From the NCBI GenBank assembly GCA_039545335.1, contig BCIN01000004.1, positions 1,292,925 to 1,356,924 of the forward strand: a DNA stretch of 64,000 nucleotides, read 5' to 3'. This DNA comes from Kondoa subrosea (Eukaryota). Positions 1-14,593 of this stretch are shown piece after piece (positions within the stretch are counted from its first letter, which is position 1; each line of letters begins with the position of its first letter). Both the position numbers and the translations under genes were made by a program. The notes beneath the pieces were generated by a model. It searched no databases. It was given only the letters and a program-made list of their open reading frames with translations, and was not told where the DNA came from.

Positions 1-1900
1 GTTCCCGCACCATGACCCTTGTACGCATTGTGCATGGAGCCGCGCGATACGCATGATTGACAGAAACGTATGTCTTGCGTAGTGGTTAGGTCTACGAAAG
101 TGCCTCGGATTCGTGCGCGCCATTTATCGGCGTCTTCAGCTCTTTCCTTTATGTTGTACAGCCACTCTCCAACATATCTACTAGGATACTGTCATCGCGT
201 ATTAACAGCGTGTACTTTCTTAAGGCTTGGACTCACAGGTGACGCCTGACAATAATCCAAGAGAGGGTGTTCCGCTGTCGCGGGTTGGGCTGACATGACG
301 GGCAAATGGGAATTCTGCGAGAGTAAAAGCTGATAAAGATAGTCGAGGACAGTTGTGATCTCGAGAGCAAGTAGTAAGCAGGAGAAAAATCGCCTAGGGT
401 TCAATAAGCAGAGATGAAAACTTCTTGAATGGTTGAAAAGACAAGATGAGGTCAATCGAAGCCGACTATAGACGACGGGAAGATAGAGTACTGGCGACTG
501 TGATATGAGATGAGGAACAGTACAGAAAGATGGTTTGGGAGAAGAAGAGAACCAGAAATCTATCGAGCTTTTTATGGGCGAAGCAGGCGATGCAGCGAAG
601 GAGGCTTCGATTGCACGAACGCCAATAACTAATCGAAGCGCTCGCTCATGGACAGGCAGATCCAACTATCAGCAGATGCATTCCTTAGATATCGACTTGA
701 CCAGAAAGACTTGAACAAAAGCAAAGATCGGAAGATCAAAGCGAGCGATACCTTCGATTGAGGTCATAGTATAACCATAGGGTGTGAGCTGCAGTTCTAT
801 ATCAATTGGTGAGCAAAGTCTCTCCAGATGAACTCGGTCCACAATGCAGATCTTCAGCGCCTCCAGTACAGCCAACAAACAAACTGGGTTGAACGACGAG
901 GAAAAGAGATAGATAGAAAGACTCTGGAACGAGGATACAATGGTCTCAATTGGTGCGAACGCAGACATGCCAGATGCGCGAAGTCACGATAGAATGAGAC
1001 CAGAAAAGGAAACAGGGGTACAACCTGATCTGCAAAGCAAAGCTAGACGAGAGCAGACTATCTCGCCTTACCAATGATCGTTCATGTCAAAGCTTGCGAT
1101 GAATTTCGTTCGAACGACTCCTCGAGATACGGCCAACCTGAAGCGATTCTGTCACGCAGCTAGCCTATTTGCAGCTTGAGCGTAATAAACCATAATCCTG
1201 TCGCTCTTCATTGGCCTTTCCCCGTAGAATCATCCTTGCATACAATTTCAAGAGAAGATGGCAACTATCCCAGCTCGTTTGGCTCGAGTAACGCAGAGCT
1301 CAGGTGTGCTACGACTATAGAAGACCGTCTGGTCCAATCAGCTGATTCGGAAATGTAGGAACCTGGCCAATTGCCAAAGCTCGCTCAAGAGCTCTCTATC
1401 GCTCTTGGTTCCGTTCAGCACCAGAAATCACTATTCTCTACCCTATCAACTTACATCCTTCTAATATCAGAGCCAAAGTCAGACAGCAATTTGAGAGAAA
1501 TGCTAAAATCGATGATTTGGAAACGGTAGATGTGTTGCTGCTGAAAGGCCATCAAGAGTATCAGGAAACAATGAATGCTTGGAAGATGGACTCGTACGTT
1601 CTATCTAGACTCTCAATCTTGCTAAGACTGATATGTTGCATCAATGCGATTAGACATGTTATGCGTTGGTTCGCGGAGGAAGAAGCACCACCAAGGCCTG
1701 TTACTTTCTTAGACAAGGTGAGCGTCTTGAAATCTTTCATCTCAAAAGCACTGCTGAGCCTGTTCATCTAGTTCTACGCCGGCAGAGATGGTGATGAGGT
1801 AAATCTTAACCACTCTTCCTGTCATTCCGCATGCTAATGATTGAAAACAGCTTCTACCAGCACAGTAGAAAGGATAGACAGAGGATGTGCAGTATCATAA
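1..1900 (-). CDS. Multi-exon hypothetical protein(s), running off the left edge of the window
   Basis: Several minus-strand open segments (1561-1767, 669-968, and an open frame over 1-190 reading EWLYNIKERAEDADKWRARIRG) separated by intron-like gaps. No recognisable motif; may be one or two genes. Confidence 0.35.
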
Positions 1901-1920
1901 CATTTTGTATTACAACTTCA

Positions 1921-4900
1921 CTATAAAACAGGCACATTGTTTCCTGCTTCTTGCCTTTGATGTTGTCCTAGTCCAGCTAGTAACCTCATATTCGACACAG
2001 TCCTCTCATTCACTTGTGGTCCTGCTCCGCTCTTGAGCTTGTCGTACAAGGTAATACATACAGCAGTATAATCTTGTTTCGCGTGCGCATCTTTGTTGTC
2101 GAAAGCCTGAGAAAGATCATCAATCGGTGACCCCTTGCTTGATCATCGAGACCTACATCTAACGTATCCCGCATTGAACTGGCTAAGCTGTTCAGCAAAG
2201 TGAATAGCGTTGTTCGACTGGGTAGACGTTTCTTCTGACTTGCATTGCCAGCTAAGATCTCTTTGATGTTGCCAAATACAACTGCAAGCCGAGAGATCAG
2301 ATGAGCTAGCAGTGGTTTATGACCAGAGTAGACTCACCGTCCAAGATCTTGAATCGATCTCGACCCCAATCCGCTTGCTTGAACTCATACACATCGTCTT
2401 CACTTTTACCCACATTGATGTTACAGAACAAAGCATCATCTCGAGGTACAGAATTAAGCAGTTGACTGGTAAAAAGATGCTGGACGGTAGTATTCCGCAA
2501 GAAAACCGTTTCGAACCAAATATTGACAAGCTCGTCGAGGTTTGCCTAGTACCAAAAAATCAGGATCGTCAAGCTACCTAAATAGCAGAGTTCGCATACT
2601 TTGAAAGCAGCGAGATCAACTCTGCCTAATTGATGAGCGAAATGCAAAGCTACTTCTCTTCGACCGATGGCGTCTGGAATTCGCCTGAAACTCTCGTTTC
2701 CGAAATTAAAGTAACTTGGCCAGCTCTGTTCCTACAAGTCAGTTTGCATAACAGCGATGAGAAGGCATAACATACAGCGAGGTTGTTGTCGACTAGGACG
2801 CTGGTGCAGCCAACCCAACATTGAACGAGTTGAGCGACATAGTCTGCATGACGACCTGCAGAAGGACTGATGACTGGCGGTGCTCCTTTCTGCGGTAGTT
2901 CACTTGTATAGATGGCCGAAAGGAGCTTGTAAATAGCAGGCGAATATTGCTCTTTGACAATCTGACATATTCTTAGGTAAGACGACAAAAGAGTCACCAC
3001 AACGCTTACCTGCGCAAATTGACTGTCTTTGCTCGGCTCTACATCGTTCTTAGAAGCAGCATCTTCGAAACCAATCATGTTGTTCAAAGCAGGATCATTG
3101 TAATCGAAATCATCCATGCCGAACTCGTCGAAAGATTCTTGAGCAGGCGCCGGCTGAATTGATAGCGAACGCAGATTGAGGAAGCATTGCAGACACTTCA
3201 ATACTTCTGTGCCAATCATTGGATCGCGGGCGAAGCGCGAGTTGAGCAAAACAGTTGTCCAGGCTGTCAGTCTATTCAGCTACCGACCTAGCTCGATGGA
3301 AAACGACTTACATGGATGTAGCAGGGTCATATCAGGATATTGAACTATATCGGCTGGCGAAAGTGACTTGGCGAGCAAGATGTTTTGCACAGCGCGCAAG
3401 ATCATAGTCATCGAGATAGCGACTTGAGCGTTCTCTGTATCGAGCATGCTCGCCTCGCGTTGCTTCTCAGCCGACATCTTGATCACACTGCCTCCTTTAG
3501 TTGCTGCCTTCTCTGGGACATTAAGCAGATTGCTTCTTCTCTTGGCCACATCTTGAAATTGCTGCACGAGGTGATCGCAAGCGGAAGAGAACCACTCTAC
3601 AATGGGTTGTACTGAGACGTCGAGATTACGATGCAATTTTGCGAGATACATCATAGCTCGAATTTGTACGGATTTCGAAAGCTGATCTGCTGTCTCGAAG
3701 CGTAGAAGATTGCGAACTTGATTGAAGCGTTGGCTAGCAGCGCTCGGGAGAAAGATAGTGTAGGTCATGAACAAGCTGTAATGATTCACTAGCATAGATC
3801 TGTCGGTACTCAGGACTACATCGTTCACGCTGAACGGAAGTTGCCTCATTGGGGTCAAACGTGCAAGCATTCTAGCGATTTGGCGAGCCTTGTCGACCGT
3901 TGAGATATGCTCGACTTGGACATGCAGGATCTTCAGAAACAGATAGAAGGCTGTATCTTCTTCAGCAACATCTGATGGAAAAGAGCCATTGTACTCTTGC
4001 AAGAACGAGGGGAATTCGTCATCTCGATCTATGGACAGATTCGCCATGCAGTTGAGGTTTAGAATGTCGTAGAGCTTAGTTGTAACACCATCTTTACTGT
4101 CAAGCTGCCATTGCCATCGTGTACTGAGGGTCAAGATCCTAGCAAAGAGTGTCCAGATGTAGCCATCTTTGCGAGCAGTGTCTGCTGTAGATAGTTTTGT
4201 GCTTTGCGCTTGTTGTAATGCCGTCAAGGCATTCAGTATAGTCTGCCAGTTCTTCGGCATGCGAACGATACCATCATTGATGCCCTTGACAGAGAATTGC
4301 GAAAGAGAGCAGAGCAGCATAGAAAGATAGCAAAAACTTTCTGTGACTTGAATTGGCGGTACACCTTCCGCTGCAGATTTACGATTCAGCTCTTCTTCAG
4401 CAACGCTCCACAAATGTGATGTATTGGGCACGTTCACGATGGACAATTGACAGTCTCGACACAAGTGAAGCAAAGAGACCCAAACTTCTATGCTTGAGTC
4501 GCTATCATCCAAAGACCCAGTCGAGTAAGCTTGCTTCAGTGACTTGCCAGTGTTGTTGAGTCCATACTGCAAGAGCCTTTTGACTAAACTTCGCATCAAG
4601 GCGGAAGGAGAAATGTCATCTAAAGTTGGCAGCTGAACTTCAACTAGCAGACGGTGTATCTTCATGCTCAAGCACATCAGAGCCCAGTCGACCGGGAGAA
4701 AGTGTCCGATGAATGGCTTTTCTTTCTGGGCCGACATCTCCAATTCACTGAGTTGCCTCTGCAGATGCCCGACTTCCATCTGAATAGCTCGAACGAGATC
4801 ATGTCTGCTGGTCGATAAATCGAATGTTTTGGCGATGAAGTGCCCTAGGAAGTTTAGAGTCGACGTCATGTCTGCTGTATTGACTGCGCCAATTGCTGCT

Positions 4901-7687
4901 TCCTCGTCAGAAGCAAAAGTAGCGACTGATTCCGAATATTGCTTGAAGATACGAGGCAGTAGAGACACGAGCGTGTCTGGATCAATGTTCCAATCGAGAA
5001 GAATACCGAAAGGAACGATAGCCTGTTGTGCCTGAGCAGAGATTGTTGGCGCGGTGAGAAATCTGATCATTTCTTGTACATCTCCTTGACTGATAGCACT
5101 TGAGTCTGGAAAAGCCAAATTGGGCGGTAATCTCTCGATACCAAAGTCGTAAGAAAATTGCCGATATGTAGACCAAGGTGATTCGGAAGTGATGATAGGC
5201 TTTGTTTTTGTAATAATACAGTCTATATCGACAGGTTTGATAGCACCAGAGCTGAGAGAGGCGTCTTTCGACAAGTTCGGAGAGTGATCAGACCTTTGAT
5301 CGTTTTGCCTTGGTTGGGGGTTCGCTGTGTATCCGAACAACGCGTCTTCGTCTGCCAGAGATACGCCAGGTCTCACCTTGCTCTTCTTCTTTGATCTGTC
5401 TTTGATTTGATCGAGTCTTGTTTCTGGCGATCGATCACCTTCATCCAAATCAATAACTTGATCTTCGAGCGAGCGCGTTGCCTTTACAGGCCTCCGCGTT
5501 ACCGCGATCCTCTTCCTGACTTTCTTCCGTGTAGCTGGTTGCTGTCGACTTCGAGCCAGCAAGCGATCAATGAGATCCGTTCCTCGCTTGCTAGCATTCT
5601 GCTTGGGTAGATCGCCAACCAGCCAAGAAGCCACAACGTCCATCTCTTCATTCGCTGAATCGTCTGCTTCGACTTCTCTTGCTCTTCTAGCAGGTCTGCC
5701 TGTCCGAGCATCTTCTTCGCTCGAACTTGACTTTTCCACCTCTGTGACAGCATCTCCCAAAAATCGGAGAGGTTCATTATGGTTGATCTGTTTCCTCTTT
5801 GTAACGACTCTGCCTTTCTTTTCTGGTTCTTCAGAGAAACGATCTTCGCCTGAATCGTCACCTGACCCAAGTTGATATAATTCAGGTAACTTCCGACCTT
5901 CTGTTCGTTCTTTGGCCATAAGCTGAAGATCTCTTTCCGCTTTCTTCAAAAAGGAGCCAGGCATCATTCCTCGTAAATGCTTCTTCCGCTTTCCTTCTAA
6001 TTTGAAGCGTTCAGGCATTATGACACTACCATCTTCGTCATCAGCTAGCCGACGTAATCTCTTCATGGTAGATTTATGAGCTTGTTGACCCTCCGAATCG
6101 GAAGCAGAACCATCGCCTGAGATGACGGAAGTAGCACGAGTAGTTCGAGAAGCCGCTGTACTTTCAAGGCGGGTGATAGGTGGAGAGGAAGAAGATAGAT
6201 CGAGTGTAGTATGACGAACAGTTTTCTTTGTTCGACCAGGCGAAGAAATAGGTTCAGAATCTGCTCGTCTTTTCCGGCTGATAGCATGGTTGCTAATCGA
6301 AGGTCGATGGTCGTTGTGATATTCACCAGATTGGAAGGGTCGAGCAGTTGTAGAAGGTCTTGACGAAGCTTTCCCTTTAGAAACAGTGCTTTTAGTAGGT
6401 CTTGTACGATGTTGCTTCGGAGTAGAGCGTTCACGAGGAATCCCAGCTTCAGGTTCTATATCATGTCTTAGCCCATCTCTAGCATTGAAAGTGTTTGAAC
6501 GCACCGGAAGATTCTTCTGTAGTATTTCCGCCTAAAGCTCTCCTCAAAGCCCGATCTCTAGACTCTTTTTCATTCACCGAAGCAGATCTCTTCCTCTTGG
6601 GCTTCTCCTTATCAAGTTTCTCTTGCTCGACGGGCGGAATAAATTCCGGATCCTCGGCTGTTCTCTTCTTCATCCCACCTTCCAATTCCAACCATCCTTC
6701 TAAATCATCTTGACCCAAAGCTAATTGTTGTGCTTTCTTAGCTGCCAATTCAGCAGCGCTCCAATCCGTACTTCTCACTTTAATAACTGCATCTCCCCAT
6801 TGGTTACGTTTCAAGGCAGTAACGTATTTCGCTTGTTCGATAGAATAGGGCATCAATTGTTTAGGTGCTCTTTGACGTAGACTTCGTTTGTAGCCATCAT
6901 CTGCTGCGGGACGAGGGATCTTCTCTTCTGCTTGATTCGTATTGGCTCTGGCTGAAGCAGATGTAGAAGCTGCAAGTGGAGATCTTGGAGCAGGAGGGGG
7001 TTGTTGTACTGTAATGGAAGGGCTGCGGCGTGTTACTGGCGATGTATTGCGTGAATCAGGTTGACCATGTACTTGAGATAAAGATGGAAGAGAAATTGGA
7101 GATGATGGAAGTGTGCCTCGACTATTGAAAGGTACGGAAGCTTTGACTGGGGATTTGAGTTTCATTGGAGAGCTAGGTTTGGGTTGGACTTGAGAAAGAG
7201 AAGGTAAAGACATGGGAGAAGATAGACCAGGCAGAACATTCATAGGCGTATCTTCTGCCTCATTCAACGCCGGATGTTCTTCTTGATTGGCTTGCCAGTC
7301 CATCGCGTCTTGGTCCATGTCCTCAGGCTCAGCTATCTGGAACTCAAAGTCTTCGGTCGCATGATCTTCTGCTTGAGTGACAGGTGAGAGCACGGCTTTG
7401 ACGGGAGAGTATACGAGCGGCGGAGGTAGCTCCTCGTCTTCCTCATCGTTTAGCAGAAGGGAACTCGGCAAGCGAGCTTCAGGCGATTTTGACAGAGCCG
7501 TCCTAGGTGTCGCGCTTTGTGATGCAGGCGATGAAAGCAAATCATCCAGCGTGACTTTCGAGGTCGATGCTACAGGCACATAAGGCTCAATGCTTGCTTC
7601 AGTATTTGCTTCCAAGTTCCAGTAAACAGAGTCGTCAAAGGCCAGATCTTGCTCGCAATCGTATGGATCGCTGTTAGGTATGCTCAT
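1921..7687 (-). CDS. MMS22: Mus7/Mms22-family DNA repair protein (cullin E3 adaptor)
   Basis: ORFs 6479-7687, 3280-6504 and 2650-3249 are joined by short introns. Long disordered N-terminus with the family motifs RSLRQRAPKQLMPYSIEQAKY and HLRGMMPGSFL, followed by a large helical C-terminal region. The 3' end is approximate. Confidence 0.75.
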
Positions 7688-8146
7688 AGCTGCTTGGATA
7701 TCACTGCATCACTTGTCATCGGCGTGATCGTCGCGGGAAGAGCGTGAAAGTTTTGATTTCTCGCTTGAGCAGCAAACGCGATATGGCATCTATCATTTCT
7801 GGCTCGATCCTCTTGTCAATTTGCTCGGCATCACCGAATCTATGGCTGTGCTCGGGGCTACGGACTATCGACTTCTGGAAATGAGAATATAAGTATAGAC
7901 CCTCTCTTACAGAAGCTTTGCAGCATTCGTGCTTCAAGCTGCTGTCCTCTTTCATTCTTGAATCTTGTTCTCTGTGCTATACCAGTGAAAGAGCTACATA
8001 TTATCGTCCATCATTTCCCTTTGAATTTCCTTAAAACCGTCGATAAAGAATTGAAATTCCAGCTCGTCTTCTTATCTCTCTACCATCATCTGCCGTCTTG
8101 CTCTAGTTATCCTTCTTCTGTAGCTCTTTCGACTCTTCGTATAGCC

Positions 8147-9543
8147 ATGTCAGGACCTGTATCTCGAATTTGGGACATTCCTCTTCCTGGCAGACGAAAG
8201 CCCAGAAGGCTTTTGACAGCCGATGAGCAAAAAGTTGTCTCCGCAGCCGTGAGCCTTTGCTAACTCATCCGAATTTCGAATTCCGTACGGACTTATTGTG
8301 GCGTTTCAGTGTAATGAGAAAGAGGAAGAAGCAAAGGCGATCGAATGGACCAAACCTATGACTAAGAGTCTTTCAGCTCGTTGGTTATCCCGTTTCAATG
8401 AGGCACGTCCTGAGGGGACAGAACCATGGACTTCCGAGGAATTGACAGTATGGACCGATATGTGATAAGTACCAATCTCTGATTGCATGGCTCTCTCTCT
8501 CAGACCCGATTATGGAATGAGAACAAGAAGCGCGACACAATAGAGCGCAAGCGCGCTCAAGAGATTGTTCGTTTGACATTCAGGATGCACAATTCCTTCC
8601 GTCTGATCTTGTCTACAGGAGTTAGAAGTGATCTGGAGCCGATCCGCCACCGTGCGTCCTGTTCGCAGATACAGATCCTGCAATACTGACTGCGCTGCGG
8701 CACTGCTTAGCCACAACAAGCTAGTGGAGGGCTCTCAAATCAGCGTCCCCTGCCGCCTTTTGAGCATCAAACGTATGCAAATCAGGAAGCAAATAAGCGT
8801 CTTCTCGGTCACTTGCCCTACTCGACTGACGCTACTCATGGCGCAACTGCAGCCAATTTTCAGCATACGCCCGACTGGACATCAAATTCGCATCAATCCC
8901 CGCAGTTGCAGGTCCATCCCAGTCATGCTTCTGCCGCTTATTCCAACATGGATGCAACGCCTCATCAGCAGATGTACGGATCGTCAGTGCCCTCTCACCA
9001 TCAGACGACTCAACACACCGGTGCTCCTATCTTCGTTCGCACCGATATGAACGTCCCCGTCCATCAGGGAACAGGCAATCACCCTGCGCCTAATTTTATT
9101 GCCAACGCTACTGCTCAACAGGAAGGCTCGTTGGTCCATATGGCTTCTATTGTCAGTCGCGTAGTATCTACTTCATTCTTGGACTGACACAGGATTCAGG
9201 CTATGTCTATGCAACCAGGTGTCCATGCCGGGGATCATGGTCAGAGTAGCGGTTTTCATACCCTACCCAACGTACGCGCTTCCCAAGTGAATCTGCGTGA
9301 TGCTGAAAGCCTCTATAACAGCATGACCATGTACAACACGGTGCTATGAGCAGTCAAACTACAAACTTCTCTCACGGAGTTGCTCAATCTCCAGTCTTGC
9401 TCCCCATCAGGACTCTATTGGCAAGGGAAGCCCCTTCTGCTCTTGCTCTTGGAGGATCTTCTGGCGGAAATACGCATAACTCACCTTACAATGGCAACCC
9501 TCAAGACTTGAGCCAGTATCACCAGAGACGGAACCGGGAGTAG
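8147..9543 (+). CDS. Hypothetical protein with low-complexity Q/H/S-rich C-terminus, divergent from MMS22
   Basis: ATG at 8147 (MSGPVSRIWDIPLP). Successive exons are bounded by GT-AG and include ORF pieces 8813-9187 and 9346-9543. Confidence 0.5.
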
Positions 9544-9779
9544 CTGTTTCCGCAACATCATGTATAGTTTCTACTTCATTATGCCTATCGCTTTCAATTC
9601 TATGTACATTGATTTCCTGCCATTGTTTTTAATCTGCCTTGACCGTCCAATTGAACAACGGTGGTACATGAGCGAAGATAGCCGCGAGCTGCAATCATAT
9701 ATGAGCCTATATTCAACCGCATGCATGATGTCCTACCGTAATGAGAACGAAAGCAGTTCTGCAATACACCTAAGATCAA

Positions 9780-10847
9780 ATTAGATTTTCAGCAGCTATA
9801 GACAGGCTTACATTTCAAGACCAGCTCCAAGTCCTAATTCGACATCGATGCCGTAAACTCTTTCCGCTCTTTCAGCAGATCAGTTGTGTAACCGTATGCA
9901 AGAGGGCGAAACATACGCATGTTGAACGAGGAAGACGCTAAGGAAAGCCATCAGGACCGTAGCTACTTTCTCGTCAGCTGAAAACGAAAGACATACAATG
10001 CATATACCTTGTGCCCAAAGTTGCAGATAGAAAGGCCAAGTAGAATGTTCTATGACTAATATCAGCCTTTACCAATCGACTGGGACATGATCTACGTACT
10101 GAGTGAGGAATTACTATCTGCCATGTCGTGCTTGAAGGCGAATAGACAAGACAGAGCAGCCAAAAGAGCAGTAATACAAGCAGCCAGGTCTTTTTCTAGA
10201 ATTAGTGTTTGTCTATCTGTGAGAGACAAGACCGCACGAAAGCCTCGCATAACCATCAACTGGAACATGATTTCTTTTGGGCCGCAACTAGCTCCGGCGC
10301 AGTCCAGTTGACAGGAAGCCGATTGACTGGTTCAGAGAATCAGTACAACAAGGGCTATGATGTTCAATCTCACTCTATGTTCGTGCAGATATGGAAGTCG
10401 ATAACTCCGCAACGCTGATCACCGAGCTGAAGCAGGTAAATTTCAGGCTTGCATAATGCGACCACTACTCGTATATCAGTACAGAGAGCAGTGTAATGTA
10501 TAAGACCAACAAGGTATGATCATAGCTGCTCCAACACCTTTCGAACACAATGAGCTCCCAATCATGTTTCGCAATGAATAGCTCACTCGACCCAAAGACA
10601 ACTAGTCCACGTAGTCCCGATCCAGTGAAGGGCATGGTAGGTGGAGCAGTTCAAAGATCAAAGAAAGAGAGTCCAAGCCAGATGATAGCATCTTCACTTG
10701 AGGCAACAAAGGGAAGAGAAGCAAAGCGAGGCAAATGATGACAGAAGTATAGAGAGACACCAAACAGCATGAAAAGGACGAGAGAAGCCGCAACCGACTA
10801 TTACTGCTTGCATCGATGCCTAATTCGCTTTCTCGACCCAATACCAC
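9780..10847 (-). CDS. Small multi-pass membrane protein, possibly SUR7/PalI-like
   Basis: Minus-strand exons encode hydrophobic helices (LAACITALLAALSCLFAF, FYLAFLSATLG, TVLMAFLSVFLV), a Cys-containing loop (YLLQLGDQRCGV...C) and GIDVELGLG. Family call is tentative and the ends are uncertain. Confidence 0.35.
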
Positions 10848-10998
10848 GACTCCTCAGGCTTGCAGAACCTATCAGAGCACAGCAATAAACTTCTTCAAGC
10901 CTTCTCAAACAAGCAGCAAGCACAACGCACATCACTGATCGAGAACAAATCCGATCAGCAACCAATAATTTCTCTGCTCTGTCATTCAAGCTTTTCCA

Positions 10999-11520
10999 AT
11001 GGCCAAGACAGCACCAGCACCAATATCACGCCGACAAGTACAACAAACCTATTTCCCACCTGCTCAAGGCATGTCGGCTTCCTTGAGACGAGCTCGAGAA
11101 CCTTTCTTTTGGCGTAACCTCATTACGGGCACCTTGATTTTGGGTTTCGCTGCTACAGTCTACACTTATTCTATTCGAGCTGTAAAACAAGAAGATTTCA
11201 GTGGTGTGGATGTGAAAATGTTAGAGGATGAAGAAAGGGCGAGAAGGGAATCGAAAGCTAGCGGAAATCAGAGTTTGGCTCAAAAGATTGTGGATGCCGA
11301 AGCGTCGATATTGGGGGCTGGTCCTATTGGGAGTAGGAAAGAGGAACCAAATGCTGTTCAAGTGGTTCAAGATTCGTTGGCTGGAGCTAGGTCGACAACG
11401 AATTATCCTCTGGCTTGGGCAAATAAGAAGTTCCCTGGCAGAAGCAGCGGCAAGGCAACAATCATTCCAGATGTACCGAGTATAGACAAACCAAGCACGA
11501 TAAGGGAGGCCAGAGTATGA
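10999..11520 (+). CDS. COA3: Cytochrome c oxidase assembly factor 3-like protein
   Basis: Single-exon ORF with the motif SLRRAREPFFWRNLITG-TM-VYTYSIRAVKQEDFSGVD typical of fungal Coa3. Confidence 0.75.
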   Translation: MAKTAPAPISRRQVQQTYFPPAQGMSASLRRAREPFFWRNLITGTLILGFAATVYTYSIRAVKQEDFSGVDVKMLEDEERARRESKASGNQSLAQKIVDAEASILGAGPIGSRKEEPNAVQVVQDSLAGARSTTNYPLAWANKKFPGRSSGKATIIPDVPSIDKPSTIREARV

Positions 11521-11802
11521 GATTCTAAAGACGCTGATTGTATAGCGAAATTGTAGAATAGTAAGTCAGCATCGCATGTGCATTTGATGCCCCGCTCTCA
11601 ATATTCTGGCTCTGTAGACATTCAGCATGCCCCTTTCGTTCAATTCAGCAGCATTTCGTCCGCCTGCATCAGCAGCAGCTCTCTGTCTGTTCCCTGCTCT
11701 CCACCTTCTTCACCTGCTGTGTCATTCCACTCTCTTCTACTCTCTTGTGCGGGTATTTGCATCCGCGTGCCTAAGCATTCGTCGTCCGCAAACTTGGGGC
11801 GT

Positions 11803-12642
11803 ATGGCCAAGCCCGTCTCTCGCTTGAGAACGGCGCATTCGCCCCTAGATTTGATTACACGAGAGCTGGTCTCTAACATTCCTCTCTTCCTTTCAAAGAG
11901 GTAAACGCTCCTCCGCTAGCATGTCATACAATACAATCTTTCCTGCCGATAGCTCAGATTTCTCACGCCAAGTTCGTAACCGAATGCTATGTTCTGTCGT
12001 ATGGGCTGATTTTTGTTCCGATAGGGAGAAGAATGCGGTTCTGACTATTACGGTAGCGAGACAGAAGAAGAACAGTAAGTTCTTCTGTTTAATGTATAAG
12101 GTTGTTATACAGCTTGATTCTTATACCGTTCATTAAACAGGAATCACCGTCATTATGATCCCAGAATAATGCATTCACCTCACAAGCAGAAAGCAGTGGT
12201 ACCGGTCAAACATACTTTGCCTCGCAAACGCAGCAGCTACTTTTCTAAATATCACATTGAAGAGAATGCACAAGGTATTCCTGTTCCTTCAGTTACAGTC
12301 ACTGTCCCAGACAGCGGTCTCGTTTTATCTACTTTGCCCATTCCGGAGACTCAAGCTCACTACGTAAGGTGATTCACACCCTGCTAATCCCATCCGCGAT
12401 TGCTTATTGATTTCATATACAGGATGTGCAAGATCAGCACCACTCAAGTCACTGCTTCTATTCAATCTTCAATCAGTCACGTATGCTGTACAGCTCATGC
12501 AGATACAGAACGTACTGCTCATCTAAACGCTACAAGTTCTGATCCAGCCTTGGATCTATCCTTGGACTTCGGTTACAGCAGTGCTAATACTTTACAAGAG
12601 GTTAAAGAGGCTTGCAGGCGGAAAAGAAGGTTGTGGAGGTAA
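11803..12642 (+). CDS. Hypothetical protein, multi-exon
   Basis: Likely ATG (MAKPVSRL) followed by short exons flanked by GT-AG, including ORF pieces 12169-12372 and 12400-12642. Confidence 0.4.
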
Positions 12643-13004
12643 TTCAGGCATGGAGTTTCCTGTTTCTGGAGAGTAAGTTGTGTCTCATTTGCGTTAGGTA
12701 CCAAAGTTGACTTCTGTATTCGCAGTTGAGAAACCTAGCATCGAGAAACTTCTTCAAAGTGTACTTCAGGAATGCTTCGTAATATTATATCAGCTGGAAA
12801 TAAGCGAGATTTCGTTCGAACGAGACATGTTTTCCGAGCGGTACAACGTCTGCTGCAAGTAGAAGAACAAGTTGAAGTATGCATGCGAATATTATAATCA
12901 TTATTAGTAATATGCTATCAGTACAATAAAAGAGAAGCTCATGAAAACCAGCATGCGCTAAAAAGGAACGAAACGATACAATACAGTTCCGAAGAATGTG
13001 CCAT

Positions 13005-14189
13005 TCAAAGGTCTTTCTTCAAATTCGGTAATGCTGGAACAGCTTCACCGGTCTTGACTAGAGGATCTCTTTGATCTGTGTGTCTTCTCTTCGGTGCTTG
13101 ATCTCTTGTCATTCGTGTACCGAGCAGTACATCCCTTTGACAAAACAGTCAGGTACGGCTCGGCAAGACAGTAATGAAGAAGCTCACCAATGAGTAAAAT
13201 AAGGTTGAGAGAAGTTCTTCTTTATACCAAATTGTTCTACACCAAACCAATAAGTTTCAACTTAAAACTTAGGCAAGGCAATACTCACGATGATGTATAT
13301 CGTGATAGTCAGCGTTATTAGGGAAGAGCAATTGAAGCGGATCATAGGGTAATTTGAATCCGCAATGATCATCTATTGTTTTCGCCGTTGAGATAGTGAA
13401 GAAGACTAGATCTTGTCTTGTTGAGAAGCCAGCACATAGTGAAGCGATCACTGTTCCGAGCGAATCGAGTAAAAGACCTTCTATTGGATGATTGTATAAA
13501 GCGCCGAAAGAATACGGAACATAGAGTCTGTGATGTACTGAATGGAAGTGCTTGTAAAGGAATTTGTTGGTATGGAAGGCTCGGTGTAAGAAGTATTGCC
13601 ATGTATCGAGGACGAATCTGCTTTGATTCAGTAATTTGTCATCATTGAAAGGGATTGAAACGCACGAAGCGAATAGGAACTGCGCTATCGGTACTCCCCA
13701 CCAGTATAACCATTCTATTCCTTCCCTTCCCACGACTGACAATACTTTCAACGTCGCTCTTGACCCAATTACCGCACTGATTATTTTCGTATATCCAACC
13801 ATGCTCTCCCTCGCATCATTCATAGTCAACGCTTCGTGCTCGTCGGGCAGGCATACCAGCCCTAGTATAGTCTGTATCGCTTGCTGCAATAGGACCATCT
13901 TGATGACCTGAGCTTTCGTCACTCTGTTCCGAGATTTGATTTCTTCTGGCTCATGTATTCTGTGCCGCTCAAAGATATCCAACCCAGACCAGTCGATTGT
14001 TTCGAATATAATAGAGGTGAGCCAGTAGACTGCGAAAGTAGCTACCAGACTCAGATGGAGATCAGAAATCCACGGAAGAAGGGAAGGTGAGGTGGTGTGA
14101 TAGAAGGGCAATGCTGTAGACTGTTTGAAAAGAGTGTGTAAGGTATCATCGAAAAGAGTAGGGCTCTCGTAGAAGCTGGTATCGTTCAT
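13005..14189 (-). CDS. SUR2: Sphingolipid C4-hydroxylase (fatty acid hydroxylase superfamily)
   Basis: Histidine boxes QYFLHRAFH, HSVHHRLYVPYSFGALYNHPIEG, KTIDDHCG and YHDIHH; later exons give KNFSQPYFTHWD. Confidence 0.92.
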
Positions 14190-14593
14190 GACTCGCGGTA
14201 ATAGAAAAACAAAGCAAAAATGTGGCAACTCCAGACATCAGTGGATGCAAGATTAGTCAGCAGACGACGAAGCTGTGCTGTTAAACATCTGTTACAAGAG
14301 CGCTCTGCTGCGTCCTAGCTTTATCTTGCTCTCTACTGAGCCAAATTTCATCGATCATCATTTAATCGCATTAATGACATTATTCATGCGAATTGTCAGC
14401 GCACCATAATTGCTTGTCTCCTCTTGCTATGCATGTTGTCATTGTATAGCACATTGTCACACTTGCTTGCATTTTCTTGCATAAATCTCCTTGATTCTGC
14501 GGTTCTTAAGAACGCTCCATCTGAGCTTCTACGCAACGCGATGCACATGTGTGATTTCTTTGGCTTCTCCTCTTCTGTGACCACTCTTCCTCA